From Candidatus Omnitrophota bacterium (lineage in GTDB: Bacteria; Omnitrophota; Gorgyraeia; VGKH01; JBHPFN01), in assembly GCA_042571725.1 (NCBI GenBank), contig JBHPFN010000004.1, positions 507 to 64,506 of the forward strand: a stretch of DNA of 64,000 nt, in the 5' to 3' direction. Of the stretch, positions 12,001 to 24,000 are shown in pieces. Positions within the stretch are counted from its first letter, which is position 1. Each line of letters starts with the position of its first letter. Under the pieces are notes generated by a model that had not been told where the DNA came from, made no database searches, and saw only the letters and a list, made by a program, of their open reading frames with translations. The translations under genes were made by a program, and so were the position numbers.

Positions 12001-15000
12001 TGAAAAAATGAGCCTCGAAGCAGTTATCCGAGAATATGATTACTCAGAACTTGCCCAGCGCTGGGAGGATCTAGAAGAACAATTGAAAAGAAGAGATCAC
12101 AGGCACTACACTTCTGTTAATGAAGATGTCACCATGCTTTCCAGCGCAGAGGCCCAGCCACTCCTTGAGGAGCTTCGGCAGGATGAGGAACTCCTCGTTG
12201 AGTTGGTTAGGCCTATCGGATTGGTACCGAGTCAATTCGTTGTTGTTGGCGGCACGGGATTGGACGCCGCGGGTACAATCGAAGGGCTCAGACGCGACAA
12301 TGTACCGGTTACTATCGTTGAGCCATCCGGAGCTAATCCGCTCTATTGTTCTTTAACCGGAAGAGAAGAAGGTGAGCCGCCGATACTCCTTAGGGCCTCT
12401 GAGACCAGCGCAATCGGTGTACGTGTGCGCTCAGTCGGTCATATGCCGCATGCGGTGCTTCGAAAGACACTTCATAGGGCCGTAACCGTAAGCGAAGAGT
12501 CTGTTGAAGAAATGAGAAAATTCTTAAGCGCAACAGGTCTCGATGTAGAAGGAACCGGCGCACTCCCGCATGCAGCGGTTGTTTTAGAGCGCGCTGATCT
12601 TTTTGACGATGATATCATTTTGCACGTGAACAGTTCGCGCATTGATACTGAGCTCAGTCAAGAAGAATTAGCGCATCCGAAGGCTAAGACGGTTTTCTTT
12701 AGGATCCACCCCAGACTCCAGGAACTTTGGCTTTTGGTACGAGGCGCTATTCGCGTTCCAAGGTTCTCAAGAATCTTCTTCCAAAGAATGCGATTTCAGA
12801 AAATCGGCGGCGAGCGACAACTGGCCCGCCAAGTGGCTGCTGTCTACGAAGAAACAATTCAAGATATTCTTAGGCGATGGGATGCTATCCCCGAAAAAGA
12901 AGAAAGACTGCGCGGTAGAATGAGGCAGCTGATGGGCTTGCTAGTGGAATTAGATATTACCGATTTAAGCGTATTTCGCCTACGCCCGCGCCATTGGATT
13001 TGGCTATACCAAAATACGGTTTTGCAAGGTGAACAGCCTGCGTTTGTCGCACAGGTACGCGAAAGGGTAGAGACCATCTGTAGGATCACGGAGGTGCAAG
13101 ATTTTACGTCATTAGCCGATGCCGAATTCGACGGTTACGGTAAAAAGCTTAAGTCTCTTGCCAGAGAACACAGCAAAACAGATTTTGTTCAATTAGAGCC
13201 GAAAGACTTGATTGATCTATTCGAACACTTCAGCGCAGGGCTACCCTACGATGCAAGGCAGTGGATCCGTCATGCCCTTGATCCGCTGCTCTGGGGCCGT
13301 ACTCAGAAAAACTGGGGAAGAGCCGAAGCAGCACGCGATGAGATTATAGAATCATTTAACCACGACCAGGAGGGCGTAGCCACCGCGTACTATGATAGGA
13401 GGGAGGCGGTGCCGATAGATAGGTTAGTGCCCACACAAGACTTGAAAGCGGAATTTCCGGGCGATGATCACGCAGGAATTGTTAAGAGATTGAGACGCGA
13501 CATCAAAGGAGGCCTTATCGTACCTATTACGGTTTTTGAAATACCGGGAAGTGATGATTATTTTCTTATGTGGGGTGGTCCTCGTGCGTTGGCCAAGTAC
13601 CAAGAAGGCCACGCCACCATAAATGCCTTTATTGTGAAAGTAGCATCGCCGCAAGAGCAAACGCTACAGTTCCTATCCCAGCAGATGCACCTGCGCTGCC
13701 AAGAGAAAGGATTGGCTTCAATTTTGGATCTATTCCCGGATAGTCCGACCAGATTCTTAAATAAAACCCTCCTCTATCCGCCAACCGCGCACCGTATAGA
13801 AAGAGCAATCGACAGCGAAGAAAGAGAATTTACACCGATGACGGACTTTCCTATAAGAGGCGCTCACGTGCGCATAGCTACGTTCAGGTCTGAGGTTCAG
13901 GGGGCGCCGTTAGTCTTTATTCATACCCGCAGAGCGGGAGATACATTGGAGATTTATTTCTCGTTGGCTGCGTTTATACTCTTTCGCCAGGTATTTTCTG
14001 AGTCGGCAAGGCAGGATGGCCTGGAGATGATTGTCGTGTATCTCTCCGAGCGGCTTATCCGGGAGAGGTCGCACACAACGGCCTCAGTTGCGTTTGAGAC
14101 ATACAGCCAGAGATCTGCCCGTATGAAGGAAGCCCGCAGAAGATTGAGACTATTGACCCAGAAGGCAGAGAAGCGAAATCTTACCGGCGACTGGAGAGTG
14201 ACCGGCTCACGCGGAGATCGCGAGCAACCGGAATCCATGCCGGTGGAAGAGGACGATTGGTCAGTGGTCATGCATGCATATTTGATAGTGAGAAATGCGC
14301 ATCTTTCGGCGGACCTTCCTGCCAATAGACATGAATACGAAGACGTTTTGGCCCGTGTAACCAGAAGTCTTTCTGGCCGCCAATTTACTATCACTGTGGA
14401 TGGCAGGGTGATCTTGGCGTATGATGCAGGGTTACAACAAGCTCCGGTCGTTCACGATCTTTGGTTGACGCAAAGGGGAAGAAAAGTATTCTACTCCGCG
14501 GCTGGCATACTCTTTTCAGAAGAAGAACCCTTTATCACGATTATCGGCTCTGCAACACCAACCGATAGATCTGAACATGATACTGATGAGTTTCCAAGAC
14601 TCGTCGATGATAACGAAGCAACTGATGCTACCCCTCCGGAGAGACCGGAGGGAGATCAACCCAGCGGCGGTGGGGCCAGCTGCTTTGTGGGAATAGAGTT
14701 ATTCCAGTTAAGTCTGTTAGGACAGTTAATACAGTTCGCATTCGGTGGGCTGGTGTTGGGTGTGACGGTAGATGCTGATAACAATAATATATCTGAAGGT
14801 CCGCCTGAGCATAGATGGTGGGATGAACAAGAAAGTCCAGCTTTTGATGTATTAGAAGCACAGCTTGAAGTCCAGCGTAGGATTATGGAAAGACTTCAAG
14901 AAAGAATTAATGGTGCAATTCATGGCAAATTTAGATTAAAGTCGACTCCCTTTGTGTGTGCAATCTTTAACATAGCACACGCAGATGCTTTGCGAATACA

Positions 15001-18000
15001 AGTTTTTCTAAGTGAGGAAGAAAGAAGCCGCGACCCTGAATTAGCAGATGCCCTGGCAAGTTTGGGTATGAGTAAGGGGTGGATTGGAATAATGGATATA
15101 GTAATAGCTACAGACATAAAAATGCAACCTCTATTGGTCATTTCGGAAGTATTGGTTGCAAAAGCTTATTGGAGACTTAGAGATAGAGATAAACGAAAGA
15201 TTAAGCGTTGGCATAAATTACTTGTTAGCTACTTTGAGGCGATAAAAGAGGAAGTCGGCGTAGCAGAGGTTCTGAAACCGACCAATGGACAAATGAAATC
15301 TCTTCCCGCTCTTCAAAGGGAATTTGAGGAGAGAGCTCATTTACCAGATGCAATCGATGAACTTTACGGCAGGCCTTCTCGCGAATACAGAGATGAAGAA
15401 AGAGAAATTTTAATTTGGAAGTATGGCGGTTGTACGGTGAAGGCGGATTTTTGGGTTTATAGAGAGGCATTCCTCGTATCAGACAGTTCAACAAGGGATA
15501 CTCAGGATTCGCCACAGAAAGGTGATGGGAACGGCATAATAACTTCGATGTGGGCACTGTTTACTACACTTGCCGGCATTTTCTCCGGTGGGATGGTGTT
15601 GGGTGTAGCAAGTGGGTCAGATGGAGTTGGCAGTCCCTCATTGGTTTCCGAGAGGGGAGATTCACCTTTATCCATTTCGGAAACAAAACGCAGAGCATAC
15701 GATGAGCTCGCGAGAAGAAGAAAATATGATCTTGGCGAAAGACCTGCAATGAAAGAAGCAGCAGCATCAATTTTTGGCCAAGCGATTCCGCTCGATGAAG
15801 TAAGGGGCAGCAAAGTTTTGGACGTGGCTATAGGAGCGGGTTTGATATCCGGATATGCTGCAGAAAATGGTGCCAGAGAAATTGTAGGCGTAGACATATC
15901 GTCCGGAATGCTTAAATGGGCGGATAGCAACCTCGCCCCATTTACATCAACCGCTACAATACGTCTGATTAAAGGAGATATTTTAAGATTGGCCGATTTA
16001 TTCAGAAAGGAAGATGGGCAAGTAGAGAAATTCGAAATTATCACTATAGGCAATGTGCTTTCTTTTTATCCTCCTAAAGAGAGAGTAGCAATTTTATCGC
16101 AGGCATTAGAATTGCTCGAGGAGGGCGGATATATTGTTCTTCTTTATAGAAGCATGGATGAGGTGAAAAATCCTCTCGCAACTCTTGTTTATCGTAGGCC
16201 CATGATACCAAAAATCACACCAGATGGGTACGTTGAAATTCTGGAAAATTTAGCAAGAGACTTAGGATATACTGTTGAGGCAGGGTTTTATGCTGCCAAC
16301 TATGAGACAGATACGGATTATAATCGTCAGTTAAGCGATCTTGAGGTGGTAGTAAGTCACACTATGGTTCTCTGGGCAAAAAGAAAACCTTTGGCAGCTC
16401 GAAACATCGGAGATTTACCTACACCCGCGCAACCCGGCGGCGACGACGCGAGCTGTTTTATGGGAATGGGGTTATTCCAGTTAGGTTGGTTAAGTCAGTT
16501 ATTTCAGTTCGCATTTGGTGGGATGGTGTTGGGTGTGGCAGAGGGGTCAGGCTCATTTGAACAAGCAAGAGGATTTACATCGTATGAATACGAGAGATAT
16601 GGTTTGAACCTTTCCGATATACCAGATGAATTTGCGTGCGAGCCGCTCGCTATTATTAGAATAAGAGAGAATCTATCGCAGAGAAATTGGTTCTGGAGGC
16701 ACGCGACGCCCAAGATTCGAGAAAGAGCAATAGAGCGTATTAAGACATTGATGAATAAATTAGAAGCATTGCAAAGTTTAGAATCATTCAAAAATATTAT
16801 CGGAGACAGGAAGATCGTTGCTATTTACACGGCTGGTAGTTATCCATGGCATGATGACCCAGGGGATATAGATGTTCATTTCGTCGTTAGAGGGGAAAGA
16901 GGATTTGAGCTGATATATTTATCTGCAGAGGAAGCTGATGAACTCAGCATTGCTTTAGAATTCACCGGTAGAAAAATGACAAGAATTGCATTGCAGATAT
17001 TTGGTACAACCAATTTAGAAAGGGCGGCACAAGACATAGAGATCAAAGATGGAGGAAATCTTCAAAGAAAATTATTGACTATATATGGTAATGCTGTGCA
17101 ATTAGGCGGATTAGATTTATTTGAAAATAGTCAACCACCCGCTAATGACTTTCACATTTTAGCCTCCTGCATAAGAAGTTTAGCTGTTGGTTCCGTGAGA
17201 GAAAAACGTCTTCGGGAAGCAGAAGCTATAGAAGATTGGTTGGCAGAAGGGATAACCACCCCGAAGATGGGTGTGGCAGAGGTCGGTGGTTTTAGTAGTG
17301 GGGTAGACATAATTACGATTGCTAACCAAGTAGCACAGCGAAGCGGTCATGCGGGAAGCGTGGCTTTAAAAATTCACGCCTTTTTAAACAGAAGCAACCC
17401 AGATATACATAGACATGCTGTTTTACTTTCGCGTGCCTCGAAAAGTTCTGTGCCTGGCATGAAAAGATCTAAGGTTCCACCTAATCCTGTTATTAGTATT
17501 GCCTCGGCAAAATATATGCTTCGCGCAGCCGCAATGAGGGCCGGTAAAACGAAATATTATGATTCGTCGATTCCAGAAGAATCTAGCAACCCAGAAGATT
17601 CGCATTCTGGCGGTGGGGCGATGTTTATTTTTATATGGCCGGTGGTGATTCTTGCAGCTTTACTTGCTGTGCCGACGATTGCGTGGGCGGGTGAATTTGG
17701 AAAGCTTATTGATACAGCCAATTCATTTTATCAATGGTATGCAGCTTTATTATCAACGCATACTCTTATAGTTAAGATTTTGACCTCAGCGATATTGTTG
17801 GCTATCGGAGATTTCATCGCCCAATGGACCGAGAAAAAATCCCTACGATCATTAGATAAGTGGCGTCTGATTTATATGACAATCCTGGGTGGCGGTTACG
17901 GTATCGTATGGCACGTCCTGTTTATGCTGCTTGAGAAAGGTTTTCCTGGTAGGGATCTTCTAAGCGGAGTCTTACCGAAGCTATTAATTGATCAAGGGCC

Positions 18001-21000
18001 TTTTACAATGTTTTTTCATTTTCTTAACTTTTTTATGGTTGGGTTATTCGGAGGCGTTGGGAGCTTCTTTGCAACCGGAGTCTTTACATTTACATTTGAA
18101 AAGTATAAAGACACGATAAGGAAGGATTACAAACTAGCTTTATTCACAAATTGGCTGTATTGGCCAACCATTCAAGCGGTAAGTTATCTTATTATTCCTC
18201 TTGATTTCCGAGTCCTATGGGTGAATATTGCTTTTATTTTTTGGGCACCTATTCTTTCTAAAATAGGTCATGGCGAATGGAAAGCATTCACACGAAAACT
18301 CGCAAGAAATCCTCGTTCCGGCGGTGGGGCGATGATGTCAATATGGGGATTATTTACCACACTTGCCGGCCTTTTCTCCGGCGGGATGGTGTTGGGTGTG
18401 GCCGCAGATGCGGGTGATGTGAGCGCCACAGCTGATTCGCACGATTATCTGATCCTTGCTGAAGCGCAAAGGTTATTTGAAGGGGAAGGGATTGCGCACC
18501 GCGTAGAAGAGGTTATCGCCTTCACTGGTCCGCAACGGGCATTCATTGAATACGCCATATCAAAATTGAATCAAGGTTATCAATTAAGTGATGTTGTCTA
18601 TCTGGTCGAATCGGTCCGGCAGACAAGTTTTGCGCACGTTGAGGAGTTATTATCAGATGATAGGATTATTTGGTATGCCAATCGACCAAAGGCTACAATT
18701 GGCACCATTATATGGCATACCGTGAATTGCGCGTATCGGGACAATATCCATCAAGCCCATACACTGATGTATGAGTTAGGTATCGCCCCGAGTTGCCTAA
18801 AGGGAATCATAGATGCCATCGGTTTCATAGGTATTGAAGACGTTCGCTTATGGCTAACGGGTCGTGAGTTTCCAATCCGTCCGAGTGAGATCTTTAGAAT
18901 TGCGCACCTTCAGAAACAGTCATCTATGGAAGAGGTGAAAAAGGCTTTAAGATCAGGCACTGAATATCTCCGGATACAGGATGACATGACTGAACCACGA
19001 TGCTTTTCTTCGATAGAAGAGGCAATAGAAGTTCTTGGTCACGAAGAATTGAAGGCGCTGAGAGTTAGCCCGCAGAGGCCGCTAAGAGTTTCGGATGTGC
19101 TTTATGTTGTTGCTGTCCTAAAAGAATATGGGGCTGATGAAGTCAATTTTGCCATGTCGTTTGGCGTAGATCCATGGAAGTTACAGTATGTTTTAAAAGG
19201 CTTGAGAAGCGATCGAGAAAAATGGTTATCTTGGCTTCAGGAAAGAGAACGATACGGACGATACAAAGTAACTTTAAATCGAGCCGCTCAAAGCCGCCGC
19301 GCTCTAGAAAGCTTTCGGACGGCAGAGCAGCATCGCCGGGAACAAAGAGGTTTTCGATTACGGCTATTTGACTTTGAGGCTCGGATTTATCCATTTTCGG
19401 ATTATGACCCCCGGGCAAAAGCTGATGCGGATGAAGATTTCGTATTAGCCCTTTATCCGAGCGGTTCAGATTCTTTAAGAAGCCCAAAGAAGAAAACAAG
19501 AAAGATAGGTTTTCATTATCCGCACGGCACGATAGGCGGTATGCGGTTTAAGATCATCAATAATGAAATTATTGTTTGTGACGTTCAAAGCGACATCCAG
19601 GAAGATCTTCACCGACGCTATAAATATTGGTATACGATGATTCTCGTGGTGCTTGAAGATTTTGCAGCTGAATTTAGTATCACTCGCATCATCGTGCCAC
19701 CAGCGTATGCTCAATTCAGATTATGGGCAGAGCAACTCTACGGCCCGAATCCTTTAACAATGTTTTCTTTTTATGCACGAGGATATCCTGCTGGAGATTA
19801 TTCACTTCGACAAATGCCCGACGGGGCTATGCATGGGTTAGTCGCCATGCCCTTTGCGTGGACCAAAGGGATTAACGCAAGAGACGAGCTTGATGTTTCA
19901 ACCGTGGAACGTTGTTTCTTTGAACTTTTGGAAAGAGAAATAGGTCAGTCAGCGAAAGAAGAAGCGGTAAGAGGCGGAGGAGCAATGGTTTCGATGTGGG
20001 GATTGTTTACTACGCTTGCCGGCCTTTTCTCCGGTGGGATGGTGTTGGGTGTGGCAGGCGGGCTGGATGAAGCTCGTTCTTCCACACCGGTGGAGACAGA
20101 GAAGAGCAGATCGCAGGTGCTATGGAATGTGGCAGAAAGATTGGGTTCTTTGACTTCTATTGAAGAGAGAGGTGCTTGTGAGGATGCATTTGCGGATGCG
20201 CTAAAAACTGCTCTTGCGAGAAAAGAGGCAATGAGATTACTTGATTTTATAAGGTCTAGAGCAAGAAGAGAGCCAGACGAAAACCAGCCTTGTCCAGGTT
20301 TTTATTATGTTCGTCAAGACTCGCAAGAAAATCTCGTGTTAGCTCGATTTGCTGAAGGTGACTTTCTGGCTGCTATTTTAGGCAGCAAGTTTGCACCTCC
20401 CGGCAATGAACAATCTGTGTGGTATGGCAATGAGGCAAAAGACATCATGCTCTATACAAATGTTAACAACAATGGCTACATCGTAGTTTTTCCTAGTGCT
20501 GCATTTAATGCATTAGCTAATCAAGGCCAAGCAAAACATGTGACTGGTTTACCAGATCTAGAAGAATGGCACTATTTCTATGTTAAAGACGATTTGCCCA
20601 TTTCAGGGGAAACTACACCACTAATTTTTATAGGCACAGGACTGAGCGAGAAGTTAGAAGCTGCACAAAGCGAAGATGCACAATTAAGAGAAAAATTGGA
20701 GGCCTTAAGAAAACAAGTTCAGATTGAGGTCTTAGATCTTACAAAACAAACCATGGTTGATAACCTAGAGGCTGCACTTGCGCGTCATGGTTTCAAATTT
20801 GTGGGGAAAAAGTTCTGGCCGAGCTGGAAAGTTATTATTTACAATGTTCTGCAGGTTCCAGAAATGAGCGAGATTACAGAAAAAATATTAAGATCAGAAG
20901 GCGAAGACAGTGCCTCTGTTTCCTCGCCAGGAGGAGATCAACCCACCGGCGGCGGGGCATCCCTCGCATCAGATAGGCTAACAGATGATCGAATATTCTT

Positions 21001-24000
21001 ACAAGCTGTTAGGGATGCTTTACATGCACGACCTTTTGTCCCAGAACAACTTATTCGTGCTCTAAAGCGCGATCCAGAAATCCGCAGATTATTTGAGACG
21101 AAAGCAAAATCCTGGATTAGTCAAAGAGTTCGGGCAACCTTAGAAGCACGTCACCCAGGAGCCGTGAAACAGTGGGTTTTGGACACTCTCGAAATACATA
21201 CTCTAAGAGTCATGCATCAGTTTGAGCGCTATTTAGCAGCGGAAGAGCTGCCTTCAGGCGCAGATCTTAGCATGTTCAGATTGCTGTTAGCGCTACACGA
21301 TATTGGTAAGCCGCTTACAAAAGGTGATGAAGATACTCGTAAACAATATGTGCACACGCAAGATACTATTAAAGAATTGCGGCATAAACTTCCTTTGCCC
21401 GCAGAGCAAATTGATTTAATGATGGCTTTGCTTGATGGAGACCCTCTTGGTTTGTATATGCAAGGATCTACAGCAATAGAAAAGACCAGGACAACTATTA
21501 TTGGGATGAACAATAGAGTTAAGTATCCATTAGCAGACTTCTTTAGACTACTTACTCTCTATTATCAATCCGATACACTAAGTTACACTTTGGATGCAGG
21601 GTATGATTCTGATTGGCTGGCGGGACTCTTTGTTTTCGATATAGAACATTCAAGGTTTGTTTTTGATGATGAAGCGGGAAGGATGAAATTTTCAGGAGAA
21701 AAAGAAAGCAGATTTCGAGCTTTGGAAGAATCGATTGTTAGTTTAAATGTCGGGCATCGGGAAATCTACCCAAAAGGCGGTGGGGCGAGCTGTTTTGTGG
21801 GAATAGGGCTATTTCAGTTAGGACAGTTAAGTCAGTTAGGTCAGCTTGCCCTGAGTGCAGTCGAAGGGTTATTTCAGTTTACATTTGGCGGGATGGTGTT
21901 GGGTGTGGCCAGCGGGTCAGATGAATCTCGTTCCTCCTCGCCGGCAAGAAGAAACAGGAGAAATGACGATGCTAAAAGGAAGCTAAGGGAAGCTTTTGAG
22001 AGAGGGGAAGATATTGTCATAGCGCTTTCAGATAGAACACCACAAGCAAAATTGTTTGCATTTGACTGGGATGGCATTTTTGCAAAAGAGAAGGGTTATT
22101 TTGAAAAAGCCTGGGCAGCTTTAATAGTTATGATAAAGAACAAAACAGAAAATATTAATGCGGGGGAGCTCAGCCCTGAGCAGGTTCAAGAAGGTGAAGT
22201 TTTTAGAAGGGAAACAAGAGGCATGGAATACGCTTTACGCTTCGATCGACTAAGAGCAATGGCCTTGCAGTCTGGAGCGGATAGATCTCAACTAAGAACT
22301 GATCAAGAGTGTGCAGATATATTTTACGAAATAATTATTAGGCTCGCTCAACAAGATTTTGGAGAAGATTTAGAGGATTGGATCTATCCGGAATCAAAAG
22401 CATTTTTAATAAATTTAAAAACCGATCATCCAGATAGGTTAACATATGTTGTTACAGCAAATATTCAAAACGCCTTTAGGGAAATAATAGTTTCACGATT
22501 TAGCATAAAGAGATATTTTGACGGTATTTTTGGGCATCCTTTGAGATCAAGCCCGGATAACATTATAAATAAGACTACTATTTTAACCGAATTAAGACAG
22601 AGAAATGGTTTGGGTGTTAATGAGGTTGTATTTTTTGGTGACGCGGTAAGCGACATAAGATTCGGAAGAGAAGCAGGTGTAATCGTTGTTGGGGTAGCCA
22701 ATACTTATGAGAATGGTGTGCAATTAATAGATGCGGGAGCAGATATTATAGTTACTAGCCTAGCTCCTAGAAGAGAAATTATGCAACTATTAATGGATAG
22801 CTCCGCTTCTTCACCGACGGGAGAAGGTAAGCCAACAGGCGGAGGGGCGATGGTTTCTATATGGGGACTGCTTGCCACGCTCACTGGACTTTTCTCCGGT
22901 GGGATGGTATTGGGTGTGGCAGCAGATGCTAAAAACGATGAGGGCGCCGCAGGAGATTCAGAAACAGATACCGCCTCATCGTTGATGACAGTGCGAACGT
23001 TTAGCACCGGAAGGCATTCATTCCAAATTGTTTCAACTCCGCACGATACCGAATTTGGCATTGACTTATCTGTCCCCCATGAAGGCAGAGAGGAATGTGA
23101 GATTGGAATACATCTATGGAGATTTGCACGCTTGGCTGAATTTTTTATGGATTCTTACCGAGGTAATATGGAGAACGGGCCCGGCTATTTAGAACAGTGG
23201 ATGAGGACACACGATATAGTTACTACGTTTCTTGATGAAGACGAGCATCGCTTGCTGTGCGGTGAGAGATTGACATTGTTAGGGCGGCAGACAACTGTGG
23301 AAGATCGAGAACTTCTTGAAAAGAACTTTATTCCAGAATTATTAGGTTTTATTGTTACCATCGCAAGCAACGATGAAATAAGGGAGCAATTTCTGAGGAT
23401 TTGCAATGAGGAGCTGGTAAGATGGAGCGACCCATATATTCGAAGCCATTTTATTCCTGCAGAAATTCAAACTGTAATACAGCAATTTCAAGGCGGGCTT
23501 AGGGGGCTTGGTAACGTCAAGCCTCTTGATGTTGAAATAATGCAAGTTTTGAGAATTTTGTCGAGAAGAAGGCTACCGGTAAGAAAATTCTTCATGTACG
23601 AAAGAGACACTCGATGGGCTAGAGACGAAAAACTGCTCTTACCTCATTTGGAAGGCGAGCCTTATTATTTCGTCTTCCCAGGTGAAGGAGAATTTGATAA
23701 GGATGAGACCCATTTATTCGAGAGAGGTGCGGTTGTTTCAGGAATCGCGAGAACGCCGTTTTTAATTTATGCAGATTCGGTGGATGTACAGGAAGTAGAG
23801 GCCTTAGGTCGTTATGCGCGAGAAAATATTCCTGGATACGAAGCGCTCAGCGTGTATAGGCTACCGGCCGGCTGGGCCACATTTCAATTTGGAAATAAGA
23901 TTTACCTTTTAGATAACGCTCATCTTGATTGTGTGAGCGGATATATTCCAAGAAGATTTAGTCATCGTAACGAGAATATTCTTTTACTCGATCCTCACTA

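Noticed and set aside
19415-19440. AKADADEDF inside module 12, resembling the acidic post-junction flank (a possible extra scar)
   Set aside because: It is a short low-complexity acidic match with no flanking junction nucleotides (no 20-mer remnant). It could be chance.
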